A stretch of DNA of 64,000 nt from Verrucomicrobiota bacterium (lineage in GTDB: Bacteria > Verrucomicrobiota > Verrucomicrobiia > Limisphaerales > UBA11358), in NCBI GenBank assembly GCA_021324235.1, contig JAJPJM010000154.1:83-64082 (forward strand), read 5' to 3'. Position 1 is the first letter of the stretch, and the number at the start of each line of letters is the position of its first letter. Of the stretch, positions 41,225 through 50,834 are shown piece by piece. The notes below the pieces were generated by a model. It searched no databases, had not been told where the DNA came from, and was given only the letters and a program-made list of their open reading frames with translations. Both the position numbers and the translations under genes were made by a program.

Positions 41225-42961
41225 TCAGTGCGCCGAGGTCATCACCATGACTTGTTCCAGCGTGGAAATGCCTTCGCGCGCCCGGTCGAGTGCGACCATC
41301 CGCAACGTGCGCATGCCCTGGCTGACGGCCACCTTGCCCAACTCCCGCGTGTTGGCGCGCGCAATGACAAGTTTGCGAATCTGATCGGAAATGGTCATGG
41401 CTTCGATGACGGCCATGCGCCCGCTGTAACCGGAATTTTTGCAACGGTCACAGCCGCGGCCGCGGTAAAGTTGCGCGCCGTTGAGCGAAGTGGGATCAAT
41501 GCCCAGGTCTTCAAACATCTTCGAAGGATACGTCACGGGCTCCTTGCAATGCGGGCAGATGCGGCGGATCAGGCGTTGAGCGCAGGAAAGAATCACTGAA
41601 GAGGAAATTAAAAACGGCGCGATGCCCATGTCATCCAGGCGGGCGATGGCGCCCGGCGCGTCATTGCAGTGCATGGTGCTGAGCACCTGATGGCCGGTGA
41701 GCGCGGCTTCAATGGCGATTTCAGCCGTCTCCGTGTCGCGGATTTCCCCGATCATGATGATGTCCGGGTCCTGGCGCAGAATGGAGCGCAAGGCATTGGC
41801 GAAAGTCAGGCCGATATCCTTCTTGGTCGGCACCTGGTTGATGCCGGGAATCTGAAATTCCACCGGGTCTTCGACGGTGACGATGTTGTAAATGGGGTTG
41901 TTGAGTTCATTCAACGCCGAGTACAGCGTCGTGGTTTTGCCCGAACCGGTCGGGCCGGTCACGAGAATCAATCCGTGCGGCGCATCAATGGCGGACTTGA
42001 CCTGTTTGAAGGTTTCGACGTCGAGCCCCAGCTTGTCGATGCTGGCGGAAAGATTGGTTTTATCGAGCACGCGCAGCACGATTTTTTCGCCATGCACGGT
42101 GGGCAACACCGAAACGCGCAAATCGAAATCCTTGCCGCTGACTTTGACGCGCATACGCCCGTCCTGCGGCAACCGCCGTTCGGCGATGTCGAGGCTGCTC
42201 ATGATCTTGAAGCGCGAGGCCAGGGCCAGTTGCAATTGTTTGGGCGGGGGCGTGGCGTCGATCAACACGCCGTCCACGCGGTAACGCAGGCGCATGGTTT
42301 TCTCGAAAGGCTCCAGGTGCACGTCACTGGCATGATCTTTGATGGCCTGAACCACAATCAGGTTGGCCAGTTTGATCACGGGCGCCTCGCCGCTGGAGGC
42401 AGCGAGCTGGTCCAGATTGACCTCTTCCAGGGTTTCCGTAACGGTTTCGACGGAAGCGTCCTCGTCATTTTCACGCTGCTTTTCAGCGTCCTGGATGATG
42501 TCTTCCATCGACCCGCCTTTGGCGGAATCAATTGCCGTCAGCTTGTCCAGAATGGCCTTCTCCGAGGCAATGAGCGGGGCGATTTCAAGCCGTGTCAGAC
42601 GCTTGACGTCGTCGAGCGCGAGGACATTCAAGGGGTCGGCCATTGCCAGGAACAACTTGTTTTCCAGGCGCGAAACGGGAACCACCTTGTAATTGTGCGC
42701 GGCATCCCGCGGCAGCAGATCGCTGATTTCAGCAGGGACCGTCAGTCGGGCAAGATTGATGGACGGCACGTTGAGCACGCGGCCCATGGAAACCGTCAAA
42801 TCCTGTTCGCTAACGTAGGATTTTTCAACGATCAGTTTGACCAGGCGCGTGCCTCCTCTTTTTTGCTCTTCGAGCAACGTCTCCACCTGTTGGGAAGTCA
42901 ACAAGCCGTCTTCGACGAGGGCGTCGGCGATGCGTTCTCCGAATGATTTGACCTTGGCCAT
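41225..42961 (-). CDS. PilB/GspE-family ATPase with MshEN-type N-terminal domain
   Basis: Walker A GPTGSGKTT, Asp and His boxes, tetracysteine CPHC...CDRC. N-terminus ERIADALVEDGLLTSQQVETLLEEQ. Confidence 0.9.
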   Translation of the reverse strand: MAKVKSFGERIADALVEDGLLTSQQVETLLEEQKRGGTRLVKLIVEKSYVSEQDLTVSMGRVLNVPSINLARLTVPAEISDLLPRDAAHNYKVVPVSRLENKLFLAMADPLNVLALDDVKRLTRLEIAPLIASEKAILDKLTAIDSAKGGSMEDIIQDAEKQRENDEDASVETVTETLEEVNLDQLAASSGEAPVIKLANLIVVQAIKDHASDVHLEPFEKTMRLRYRVDGVLIDATPPPKQLQLALASRFKIMSSLDIAERRLPQDGRMRVKVSGKDFDLRVSVLPTVHGEKIVLRVLDKTNLSASIDKLGLDVETFKQVKSAIDAPHGLILVTGPTGSGKTTTLYSALNELNNPIYNIVTVEDPVEFQIPGINQVPTKKDIGLTFANALRSILRQDPDIIMIGEIRDTETAEIAIEAALTGHQVLSTMHCNDAPGAIARLDDMGIAPFLISSSVILSCAQRLIRRICPHCKEPVTYPSKMFEDLGIDPTSLNGAQLYRGRGCDRCKNSGYSGRMAVIEAMTISDQIRKLVIARANTRELGKVAVSQGMRTLRMVALDRAREGISTLEQVMVMTSAH

Positions 42962-42965
42962 GGCG

Positions 42966-43820
42966 TTAATGGAAAGCTTTACGGATGATTTGCATCAGTT
43001 CGGACGGCGTGGCCAGATACCAAAGCAGCCGGTTCGTAGTGGTCTCGCCCAGCTCCTTGGCCGCCTGTTGATTGAAGGGGTTGGCCGTCGCCACCAAAAT
43101 GGCCTTGCTCATCCGGTCGAAAGGCAGCACACACCAGCGCCGGCAAATCGCCATCGGAAAGCCGCGCGCCAGTTCAATGTCCACTTCATATTTTTCCAGC
43201 GGCAAATAGGCCAGCCGGGATTTGTCACTCAGCAGCTTGAGCGACTTGTCAACCGACAAAACGGCTTTTTCGGAAAGGGTGTGAATGAACGGTTCGACCA
43301 CGTCCGAAGGCGGCTTCGTCAAATCCGGCGATCGCCAGCACAGATCGAAATCACCGGCGTTAATGGTGCGGCCTTCGACAAAAACCTTGTGCATCACCTT
43401 GCGACCGTCATCAATTTCTTCCGCCGCCGTTGCGCGCACCTTCTTTCTGAACCGCGCTGTGTCGGAGGACGGCGTCAGGGACGACGGCTCCACCCCGGTG
43501 ATCTGTTGCACCGCCACATTGTTGGCCTTGTCCTCGATCTGTTTCAGCGCCACCTGCACGTCGGTGTCGTTCGGGCGGCGTTGCAAAACTGTCTCGTATT
43601 CCAAAATCGCCGAGGAAAGCTGTCCCATTTGGAGGTAGGCCTGCGCGATGCGTTTGGAGGTGCTGATGACCTCCTCTTCCCGGTCCAGTTTGGTGTAGGC
43701 TTCCTTGAGGATTTCCAGCGATTGGCAATCGTTTGGCTGCGATTGGACAATAACCTCGAACATCTCAATTGTCTGCTGTAATTGAGCTTCTTCACTCGCA
43801 TTTAACGTCGCTGTAGCCAT
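42966..43820 (-). CDS. TPR-like plus standalone T2SSE_N (GspE N-terminal-like) domain protein
   Basis: Track ORF 42966..44201. Plausible starts are ATG 43820 (MATATLN) or ATG 43937. C-terminus LAYLPLEKYEVDIELARGFPMAICRRWCVLPFDRMSKAILVATANPFN resembles the N-domain of GspE/PilB. It ends 5 nt before the ATPase start. Confidence 0.55.
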   Translation of the reverse strand: MATATLNASEEAQLQQTIEMFEVIVQSQPNDCQSLEILKEAYTKLDREEEVISTSKRIAQAYLQMGQLSSAILEYETVLQRRPNDTDVQVALKQIEDKANNVAVQQITGVEPSSLTPSSDTARFRKKVRATAAEEIDDGRKVMHKVFVEGRTINAGDFDLCWRSPDLTKPPSDVVEPFIHTLSEKAVLSVDKSLKLLSDKSRLAYLPLEKYEVDIELARGFPMAICRRWCVLPFDRMSKAILVATANPFNQQAAKELGETTTNRLLWYLATPSELMQIIRKAFH

Positions 43821-44025
43821 GCCTTGAAATTCGCCACCGTCATTCTCACCCAACACATGCGGTAAGACCTCAATTTTCAGCAATTTTCCTGCCAGCTTAA
43901 CGATTGGCGCGCAAACACCTGCCCCGCAAAGCACCATGTCCTGACCGGCCGCGAAATCACTTTTGCGGTTTATGTCTCCGTGCCCGCATGTTAAAAAATC
44001 GCCGGTGGAACCAGCGATCCCAATC

Positions 44026-47000
44026 ATGACGCCCGCACCCGGTGAACGCCTGGTGCGTTTTATCGGTGACCGCGTGCGTTTCACCCTGCGTGACGGCGGG
44101 CCGCCGCGAAGTCCGGCCGGGACGAATGACCCCCGCCAGCGCGGACGCGGACTGCTCCGCACCAATCTCGGCCGGGGCGCCGCCCGGCGCCGCGAAATCA
44201 TCGCGGCGCATGCCGGCGAACTCCGTCAAGCCGGCGCTTCGTGGCACGATGTCCCCATGCACAAAAGCGGCGACGTTTGGGAAATCGAACTGCCCCTCGC
44301 CGAGGTCGGTTTTTTCAAGGCCAAACCCTACTGGCTCGACGCCAAGGGCTGGCAGCACTGGCCGGAGGGTCCCGACATCGGCATCGGTGTTCACCCCAAT
44401 TTTTGCCGCACGGCCAACGCCATTTACTGCGCCTTCACCCGGCTGTTCGGGGCGACGCGCACCGCCGCGGTGGCCGTGGATGCCCAATTGAACTTTCAAC
44501 TCAGCCCCCTCGACTCGCAAGGTTACACCATCATTCCGCCCTCTGGAAAATTGCGCGACCTCATCCGGCAGTTGCCCCATATTGTGCAAACGCTCGGCTG
44601 CCGCATCCTGCACTTGCTGCCCGTACATCCGACGCCGACCACTTACGCCCGGTTCGGACGATTTGGCAGTCCCTACGCGGCGCTCGATTTGACGGCGATT
44701 GACCCGGCGCTGGCCGAATTCGACCACCGCACCACCGGCATCGATCAATTTTGTGAACTTACCTCTGCGGCCCACGCGTTGGATGCGCGCATCTTTCTCG
44801 ACATCGTCATCAACCACACCGGTTGGGGGGCAATGTTGCAGGAAAACCATCCGGAATTTTTCCTGCGCAATCCCGATGGCACCTTCGCCAGCCCCGGAGC
44901 GTGGGGCATCACGTGGGGCGACCTCGTGGAATTGAGACAGGAAGACGTTGCCCTTTGGGACATCGTGGCCGACGCGTTGTCAACGTGGTGCCGGCGCGGG
45001 GTCGACGGTTTTCGATGCGATGCCGGCTATAAAATTCCCCTGCCGGCCTGGCAATACATCATCGCCCGGGTGCAGGGGGAATTTCCCGATACGATCTTTC
45101 TGCTCGAAGGTTTGGGCGGTTCCTGGGAAGCCACCGAAAACCTGCTCACCGAAGGTGGAATGCAATGGGCCTACTCGGAGTTGTTCCAAAATTATTCCGG
45201 GCCGGAAGTGGCCAATTACCTCGACTACGCCCTGCGCCAGAGCGCCAGTGTCGGACTCTACGTCCATTATAGCGAAACCCACGACAACGATCGCCTGGCC
45301 AAGCGCGGTCGCGCGTGGTCGTTGCTGCGAAACCACCTCTGCGCCCTGACCAGTGTGAGCGGCGGGTTTGGCTTCACCGGTGGCGTGGAATGGCTCGCCG
45401 CTGAAAAAATCCGGGTTCACGACTGCACCGGGCTGGGTTGGGGCAGTTCCGACAATATCATTCCCGAACTGGCACAACTCAACCAACTGCTCGCCAGCCA
45501 CCCCTGCTTCTTTGACGGTGCGAAACTCACGCGCCTCAGCCCAAAGGATTCGGCCGTCTATGCCCTGTTGCGTGAATCTGCCGACGGCATGGATTCAGTG
45601 CTGATCCTCGCCAACACGGATGTCGACACGGAAAACTCGCTCACGCTTTCCGACGTTGATTTCCGATTTGAACTGCTGGGACAGCCACTGCCGAAAATGA
45701 CCGTAGCCGGCGGTAAGACCACCTTCACCCTGGTGGCGGGAGCGTCTCATTGCCTGGCGCCCACCGCGGTACCACAAGGCCTGAGCGGCGACGCGTACCG
45801 CCTTGCCCGCGCCCAGGCAGCCTGGGCGGTGGAGGCACTGGGCAAGGTCGTCCCGGTGGAAATGATCGACAATGCCGACTGGCGCCGGCTCGCCGGGCAG
45901 GTGGAACGTTCGCCCAAAAACTTTCTGGCCGCGGTTGCCGAATTTGCCACGGGCGGCGCAAAGATCCCGCTTACCCAATTGGTGTCTGATGGTGAAGCGC
46001 GGCAAATCTTTCCCCGCGTCGTCGTGTGGACGTTGCCCGACCATCGCCGGATCACCCTGGTGCCAGCCAATCACTGGCTGCTGATCGAGGACAGCGCGCC
46101 GTTTCGAGCCACACTCGAAGTCGGAAACAGGAACAATGAAGGACGAACCGCACAGCACGGCCAGTCCATTGTCGTTCATAACCTTCACGTCGCCTGCTTT
46201 CCCCCGTGGGCAAGCGCCGCGGATGCGGAGTTGGTTTTGGAGCGTTCCGCCACGGCCGACCGGAAAATTTCCGCGGCGATTCGTTTCCTTCCGGCAAACC
46301 CAAAATTCGAAATCCGAAATCCGAAACCGGGAGACCTCGTTCTTTTGACCAACGGCAGGGGCGGGATGGCGCGGATTTGCACGGATTTGGGGCGCGTTAA
46401 TTCCAAATACGATTGTGTGCTCGGAGCGAATTTAAATCCGGGTGTGCCGGTGGACCGTCATGTCTTCGTCAAGCGCCTCCGCGCCTGGGTGAACGCCGAC
46501 GGTTTTCTTTCACCGCTCGATGCAAAAAATTTGTCGTCCTTTGCCCCGGGACCGCCGGCGGTCTGGCAGTTTGTGGCCAATGCCGGCGATGGCCGCACGG
46601 TTGAAATTGAGTTGCGCGCCGAAATGGTTGAAGGCGAAAACACCACGGTTTTTCATTTCCACCGCCCCACCGCCGAACACGCCATCGGCAAGCAATTACC
46701 CCCCGACGCGGATGTGCGCTTGACCGTGCGGTTGGACATTGAAGATCGAAACTTCCATTGCGAGACCAAACGCAACGGCGGCGCGGATTATCATTTTTCG
46801 ACGAACACCCGCGCATTTCCAGATCCCGGGACGGGGGACCCGGCCCCGCCCCGCGGCTTCGCCTTCACGCCTGCACCCGAACGCCAGTTGCGAGTGTTGG
46901 CGGACAGCGGCGAGTACCATCCGCAGCCGGAATGGTGTGAAAACATCCCGCATCCGGTCGAACAAAGCCGCGGCCAGACTGGCAGCGGCGATGCCTATAG

Positions 47001-48345
47001 TCCGGGCTGGTTTGAACTGCCCCTGCCCAAGGGCGCAAGCGTAACCATTGTCGCGACCGCGGAAGAAAACGCACCCGGCTTCCCGTTCCCCATGCCGCGG
47101 AAAGAGGAAGGGAGCGACGGACGCGTTCAAGCGAATCATTTTGAACAACAACTTCTTCGAGCCGCAAAACAGTTCGTCGTGCGGCGGGATGAAGGTAAAA
47201 CGGTCATCGCCGGTTATCCCTGGTTTTTGGATTGGGGGCGGGACACGCTCATCTGCGCGCGCGGTTTGCTGGCCGCCGGCAGGGTGGAAGAGGTCCGGCA
47301 GATCCTGCTCACGTTCGCGAAATTTGAAAAGGACGGCACGCTGCCCAACGCGATTTACGGTGACAATGCCTCGAACCGCGATACGACCGATGCGCCGCTC
47401 TGGTTCGCCCTCGCCTGTGAGGAGATGGCTCAAATCAAGCCTGATTTCCAATCCGAAACGGTGGGGCCGCCGAAGCGAACCATTCTTGAAATCCTGGAAA
47501 GCATCGCGGTGAATTATGCCGGGGGCACGTCCAACGGCATCCACCTGGATCCGGATTCGGGGTTGATCTGGAGCCCGGGCCATTTCACCTGGATGGACAC
47601 GAATCATCCCGCCGGCACGCCGCGTGAAGGTTATCCGGTTGAGATTCAGTCGTTGTGGATTCGCCTGCTCCGCCAAATTGAAAGGAACACCCAGGGTGGC
47701 GAGGGCAAAAGGTGGTGCGAACTGGCGGAACGCGCCACAGCTTCGCTGGAAAAGCTTTTCTGGCTCGAAGACCAAGGCTGGTTCGCCGACGTGCTGCTCG
47801 CCGGACCGCGGGTGATTGCGCGCGACGCCACGCCCAGCGACGCACTGCGCAGCAACTGCCTGTTTCCCGTGAGTCTCGGCCTCATCACCGGTCAACGCGC
47901 GAAACGTTGTGTCGAGGCCGCGCAAAAATATCTGGTTGTGCCCGGCGCCTTGCGCTCGCTCGCACCGTTGCCGGTGGCCGTACCCCTGCCGGTCTATGAC
48001 AACAACGGCCAGCTGTTGAACAATCCGCCCGAGCCTTACTGGCCGCATTACGAGGGTGACGAGGACACGCGCCGGAAACCGGCCTATCATAATGGCACGG
48101 CCTGGACGTGGACCTTTCCCCACTTTTGCGAAGCTCTGGCACGCGCGTGGGATTTCAGACCGGAGGCGGCGGCGACCGCCCGGGCCTATCTGGGCAGCGT
48201 GGAGAAATTAATGAGCGAAGGTTGCCTCGGCCAGATTCCCGAAATTCTGGACGGTGACGCGCCGCACACGCAGCGCGGTTGCGACGCACAGGCGTGGGGA
48301 GCAACGGAAGTGTTGCGGGTTTGGAAACTGCTGGATGGTCGTTGA
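44026..48345 (+). CDS. Fusion: GH13 alpha-amylase-family domain + glycogen debranching enzyme (GDE_N + amylo-alpha-1,6-glucosidase GDE_C)
   Basis: Track ORF 43963..48345 (ATG 44026 or 43972). GH13 regions DIVINHTG, GFRCDAGYKIP, FLLEGLGG, YSETHDND. Then LLTNGRGGMA (GDE_N) and GYPWFLDWGRDT...NAIYGD...APLWF...AYHNGTAWTW (GDE_C). Confidence 0.8.
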   Translation: MTPAPGERLVRFIGDRVRFTLRDGGPPRSPAGTNDPRQRGRGLLRTNLGRGAARRREIIAAHAGELRQAGASWHDVPMHKSGDVWEIELPLAEVGFFKAKPYWLDAKGWQHWPEGPDIGIGVHPNFCRTANAIYCAFTRLFGATRTAAVAVDAQLNFQLSPLDSQGYTIIPPSGKLRDLIRQLPHIVQTLGCRILHLLPVHPTPTTYARFGRFGSPYAALDLTAIDPALAEFDHRTTGIDQFCELTSAAHALDARIFLDIVINHTGWGAMLQENHPEFFLRNPDGTFASPGAWGITWGDLVELRQEDVALWDIVADALSTWCRRGVDGFRCDAGYKIPLPAWQYIIARVQGEFPDTIFLLEGLGGSWEATENLLTEGGMQWAYSELFQNYSGPEVANYLDYALRQSASVGLYVHYSETHDNDRLAKRGRAWSLLRNHLCALTSVSGGFGFTGGVEWLAAEKIRVHDCTGLGWGSSDNIIPELAQLNQLLASHPCFFDGAKLTRLSPKDSAVYALLRESADGMDSVLILANTDVDTENSLTLSDVDFRFELLGQPLPKMTVAGGKTTFTLVAGASHCLAPTAVPQGLSGDAYRLARAQAAWAVEALGKVVPVEMIDNADWRRLAGQVERSPKNFLAAVAEFATGGAKIPLTQLVSDGEARQIFPRVVVWTLPDHRRITLVPANHWLLIEDSAPFRATLEVGNRNNEGRTAQHGQSIVVHNLHVACFPPWASAADAELVLERSATADRKISAAIRFLPANPKFEIRNPKPGDLVLLTNGRGGMARICTDLGRVNSKYDCVLGANLNPGVPVDRHVFVKRLRAWVNADGFLSPLDAKNLSSFAPGPPAVWQFVANAGDGRTVEIELRAEMVEGENTTVFHFHRPTAEHAIGKQLPPDADVRLTVRLDIEDRNFHCETKRNGGADYHFSTNTRAFPDPGTGDPAPPRGFAFTPAPERQLRVLADSGEYHPQPEWCENIPHPVEQSRGQTGSGDAYSPGWFELPLPKGASVTIVATAEENAPGFPFPMPRKEEGSDGRVQANHFEQQLLRAAKQFVVRRDEGKTVIAGYPWFLDWGRDTLICARGLLAAGRVEEVRQILLTFAKFEKDGTLPNAIYGDNASNRDTTDAPLWFALACEEMAQIKPDFQSETVGPPKRTILEILESIAVNYAGGTSNGIHLDPDSGLIWSPGHFTWMDTNHPAGTPREGYPVEIQSLWIRLLRQIERNTQGGEGKRWCELAERATASLEKLFWLEDQGWFADVLLAGPRVIARDATPSDALRSNCLFPVSLGLITGQRAKRCVEAAQKYLVVPGALRSLAPLPVAVPLPVYDNNGQLLNNPPEPYWPHYEGDEDTRRKPAYHNGTAWTWTFPHFCEALARAWDFRPEAAATARAYLGSVEKLMSEGCLGQIPEILDGDAPHTQRGCDAQAWGATEVLRVWKLLDGR
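46308..46328. repeat. 7-bp tandem repeat (CGAAATC x2 + CGAAACC) inside the GH13-GDE gene
   Basis: Read directly: cgaaatc cgaaatc cgaaacc. It encodes FEIRNPKP in the linker before the GDE_N domain. Confidence 0.85.
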
Positions 48346-48357
48346 ACCAAAGGGTGC

Positions 48358-49692
48358 ATGACGATTTCCCTGTTTCAGTTGCTGGTGAGTCTGATTGCCG
48401 GGGTTGCCCTCATCGTCTTATTGACCGCGAAACACCGGGTGCATGCCTTTTTCGCCCTACTGATTGCCTCATTCGTGGTGGGATTGGGCGCGCAACTTCC
48501 CATACCTGACATCATTAATGCCATGAAGGACGGGTTCGGCGGCATTATGAAATCATTGGGGTTCATCATCGTGCTGGGAGCGGCCCTGGGCACGTTACTG
48601 GAACACACCGGCAGTACCAGGGTGATGGCCGCCTTCATTCTGCGAAAAGTCGGAGAACGTCATGCGGCGCTGGCCATTAGCATGACCGGCTTCATCATCG
48701 GATTACCGATCTTTTGTGACTCGGGATATATCGTTCTCAGCGGACTGAATTCGGCGCTGGCCAAACGCACCGGTATCTCCATGGCGGCGATGGCGGTTTC
48801 CTTGGCAACGGGGCTGTATTCCGTGCATTGTCTCATTCCGCCGCACCCCGGCGCGACCGCGGCCGCCGGTATTATCGGCGTGGACTTTGGGAGATTGATT
48901 TGGGCCGGCATTGTGGTGGCGATTCCGGCCGCCATCGTCGGCCATTTCTGGGCCAATTTTGCGGGCAGGAAAATCCCGGCTCTGGTTGCAGATGCGGAAA
49001 TCCAGGTTGAGGAGATGCCGCCACCTCCTTCCGTCTTCAAGGCATTTCTTCCCGTGGTCGTGCCCATCGTTTTAATCGCGGCCAGATCCTTTTTGACCAT
49101 AAACACATCGGCCGTCAAAGGTTGGTGGCTCTCCGCCCTGCTTTCACTGGGTGATCCTGTAATCGCATTGGCGGTTGGCGTGTTGCTGGCACTGAATTGC
49201 CAGCGGTCCTGGAAGCAACATGCCGTGGGACATTTGTTGCAGGAAGCGGCGGAAAAGGCCGGCAGCATACTGGTCATCATCGGCGCCGGCGGGGCTTTCG
49301 GAGCGGTACTGGCGGCGACCGAAATCGGCCGGCAATTCAGTCAGGCAGTGGCGTTGGATCGTCTGGGCATCCTGTTTCCTTTCTTGCTTACCTCGGTCCT
49401 AAAAACCGCACAGGGATCATCCACGGTCGCCATCATTACCGCCGCCTCCATCGTTCAGCCCTTGCTGCCGGCCTTGGGACTGGCAACGGAAAAAGGCCAA
49501 TTGCTTTGTGTGCTGGCCATGGGCGCCGGGTCCATGATGATTTCCCACGTCAACGACGCCTATTTTTGGGTGATTACGAAGTTCTCCGGCCTGGAAATGA
49601 AAACCATGCTGAAGGTATATTCGGTCGCTTCCGTGCTGATGGGATTGGTTTCGTTGTTGATGATTTATTTGTTGTCTTTGGTCCTGTCATAA
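48358..49692 (+). CDS. GntP family permease
   Basis: FALLIASFVVGLG...MKDGFGGIMKSLGFIIVLGAALGTLLEHTG...CDSGYIVL...LKTAQGSSTVAIITA...ISHVNDAYFW. Confidence 0.85.
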   Translation: MTISLFQLLVSLIAGVALIVLLTAKHRVHAFFALLIASFVVGLGAQLPIPDIINAMKDGFGGIMKSLGFIIVLGAALGTLLEHTGSTRVMAAFILRKVGERHAALAISMTGFIIGLPIFCDSGYIVLSGLNSALAKRTGISMAAMAVSLATGLYSVHCLIPPHPGATAAAGIIGVDFGRLIWAGIVVAIPAAIVGHFWANFAGRKIPALVADAEIQVEEMPPPPSVFKAFLPVVVPIVLIAARSFLTINTSAVKGWWLSALLSLGDPVIALAVGVLLALNCQRSWKQHAVGHLLQEAAEKAGSILVIIGAGGAFGAVLAATEIGRQFSQAVALDRLGILFPFLLTSVLKTAQGSSTVAIITAASIVQPLLPALGLATEKGQLLCVLAMGAGSMMISHVNDAYFWVITKFSGLEMKTMLKVYSVASVLMGLVSLLMIYLLSLVLS

Positions 49693-49699
49693 TCTCACC

Positions 49700-50833
49700 G
49701 TGCATATTCTGATTGCCCCCAATGCTTTTAAGCACAGCCTGGATGCGACCGACGTGGCCAAGGCCATCCGCGAGGGATTGCAGCAGAGTAAACTGAAATG
49801 CACCTGTGAATGTTGTCCGGTGGGTGATGGGGGAGACGGAACCGCCGCCCTGTTGATCCAAAAATGTGGCGGCACGATTGTGCCGGTGGAAGTCCACGAT
49901 CCCTTGGGAAGAAAAATCCGGGCCGGATTCGGATTAATTGAGAACGGCCGGACGGCAGTGATTGAAATGGCCGATGCCTCCGGATTGCGGTTGCTTCGCC
50001 GTGAAGAATTTGATCCATTGCGCGCCAATACCTTCGGCACCGGCGAACTGATAAAATGCGCGCTGGACCAGGGAGTTGAAAAAATCATCATCGGGATTGG
50101 TGGCAGTGCCACGGTGGACGGCGCCACTGGCATCTTGCAGGCACTGGGGGTGCGTTTTCTGGATGCCGCCGGAAACATTTTATCGGACCTGCCGGAAAGC
50201 CTTACCCATCTTGAATCCGTTGATTTGTCCGGCCTGGACCAAAGAATCCGGCACTGCCCCTTGACCGTCCTTTGTGACGTGGAGAATTCCTTGCTGGGCG
50301 AAACCGGCGCGGCCAAAGTCTTCGGCCCGCAAAAAGGAGCCAGCGCACCGACCATCCAAAAGCTGGAAGCCGCCCTTACAAAATTGCGTGACATCATGTT
50401 TCAACAAACCGGCCGGGATTTGGCGGCGATTAAACACGGCGGTGCCGCGGGAGGCGTCGCCGCCAGCCTGCAAGGGTTTCTGAACGCAAAACTGGTGAAG
50501 GGAATAGATTATTTCCTGGAAGTCGCCGGCTTCGAAGACGCATTGCAAAAGGCCGACCTCGTCATCACCGGTGAGGGCTGCATGGATGAACAAACCTTGC
50601 GAGGCAAGGGGCCATGGGGCGTAGCGCTGAGAGCGCTGAAGAAAAATATCCCGGTCATTGGCGTCGCCGGCAGGGTGTCGCCGGCAGCGGAAGCGCCCTT
50701 GCGACAGTATTTCGTTCAGCTATTGGCCATCAGCCCTGCGTCCATTGACCTGGACGAGGCCTTGAAGAATACCGCACCGGCTTTACGTCAAACGGCAAGG
50801 GAATTGGGAAACCGGCTGGCTCGAAAAAAGTAA
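49700..50833 (+). CDS. glxK: Glycerate kinase
   Basis: MHILIAPNAFKHSLDA...CPVGDGGDGT...IIIGIGGSATVDGATG...LVITGEGCMDEQTLRGKGP. Confidence 0.85.
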   Translation: MHILIAPNAFKHSLDATDVAKAIREGLQQSKLKCTCECCPVGDGGDGTAALLIQKCGGTIVPVEVHDPLGRKIRAGFGLIENGRTAVIEMADASGLRLLRREEFDPLRANTFGTGELIKCALDQGVEKIIIGIGGSATVDGATGILQALGVRFLDAAGNILSDLPESLTHLESVDLSGLDQRIRHCPLTVLCDVENSLLGETGAAKVFGPQKGASAPTIQKLEAALTKLRDIMFQQTGRDLAAIKHGGAAGGVAASLQGFLNAKLVKGIDYFLEVAGFEDALQKADLVITGEGCMDEQTLRGKGPWGVALRALKKNIPVIGVAGRVSPAAEAPLRQYFVQLLAISPASIDLDEALKNTAPALRQTARELGNRLARKK

Positions 50834-50834
50834 T

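Noticed and set aside
41669-42946. 425-aa plus-strand ORF
   Set aside because: It is antisense to the PilB-type ATPase gene. Shadow ORF.
43963-44201. Overlap of the long forms of the divergent ORFs 42966..44201 (-) and 43963..48345 (+)
   Set aside because: The N-terminal extensions are Arg/Pro-rich and lack homology features. Internal ATGs (43820 or 43937, and 44026 or 43972) give non-overlapping genes with a normal divergent promoter region.
46696-48123. 475-aa minus-strand ORF
   Set aside because: It is antisense to the GDE_C part of the debranching-enzyme fusion. Shadow ORF.
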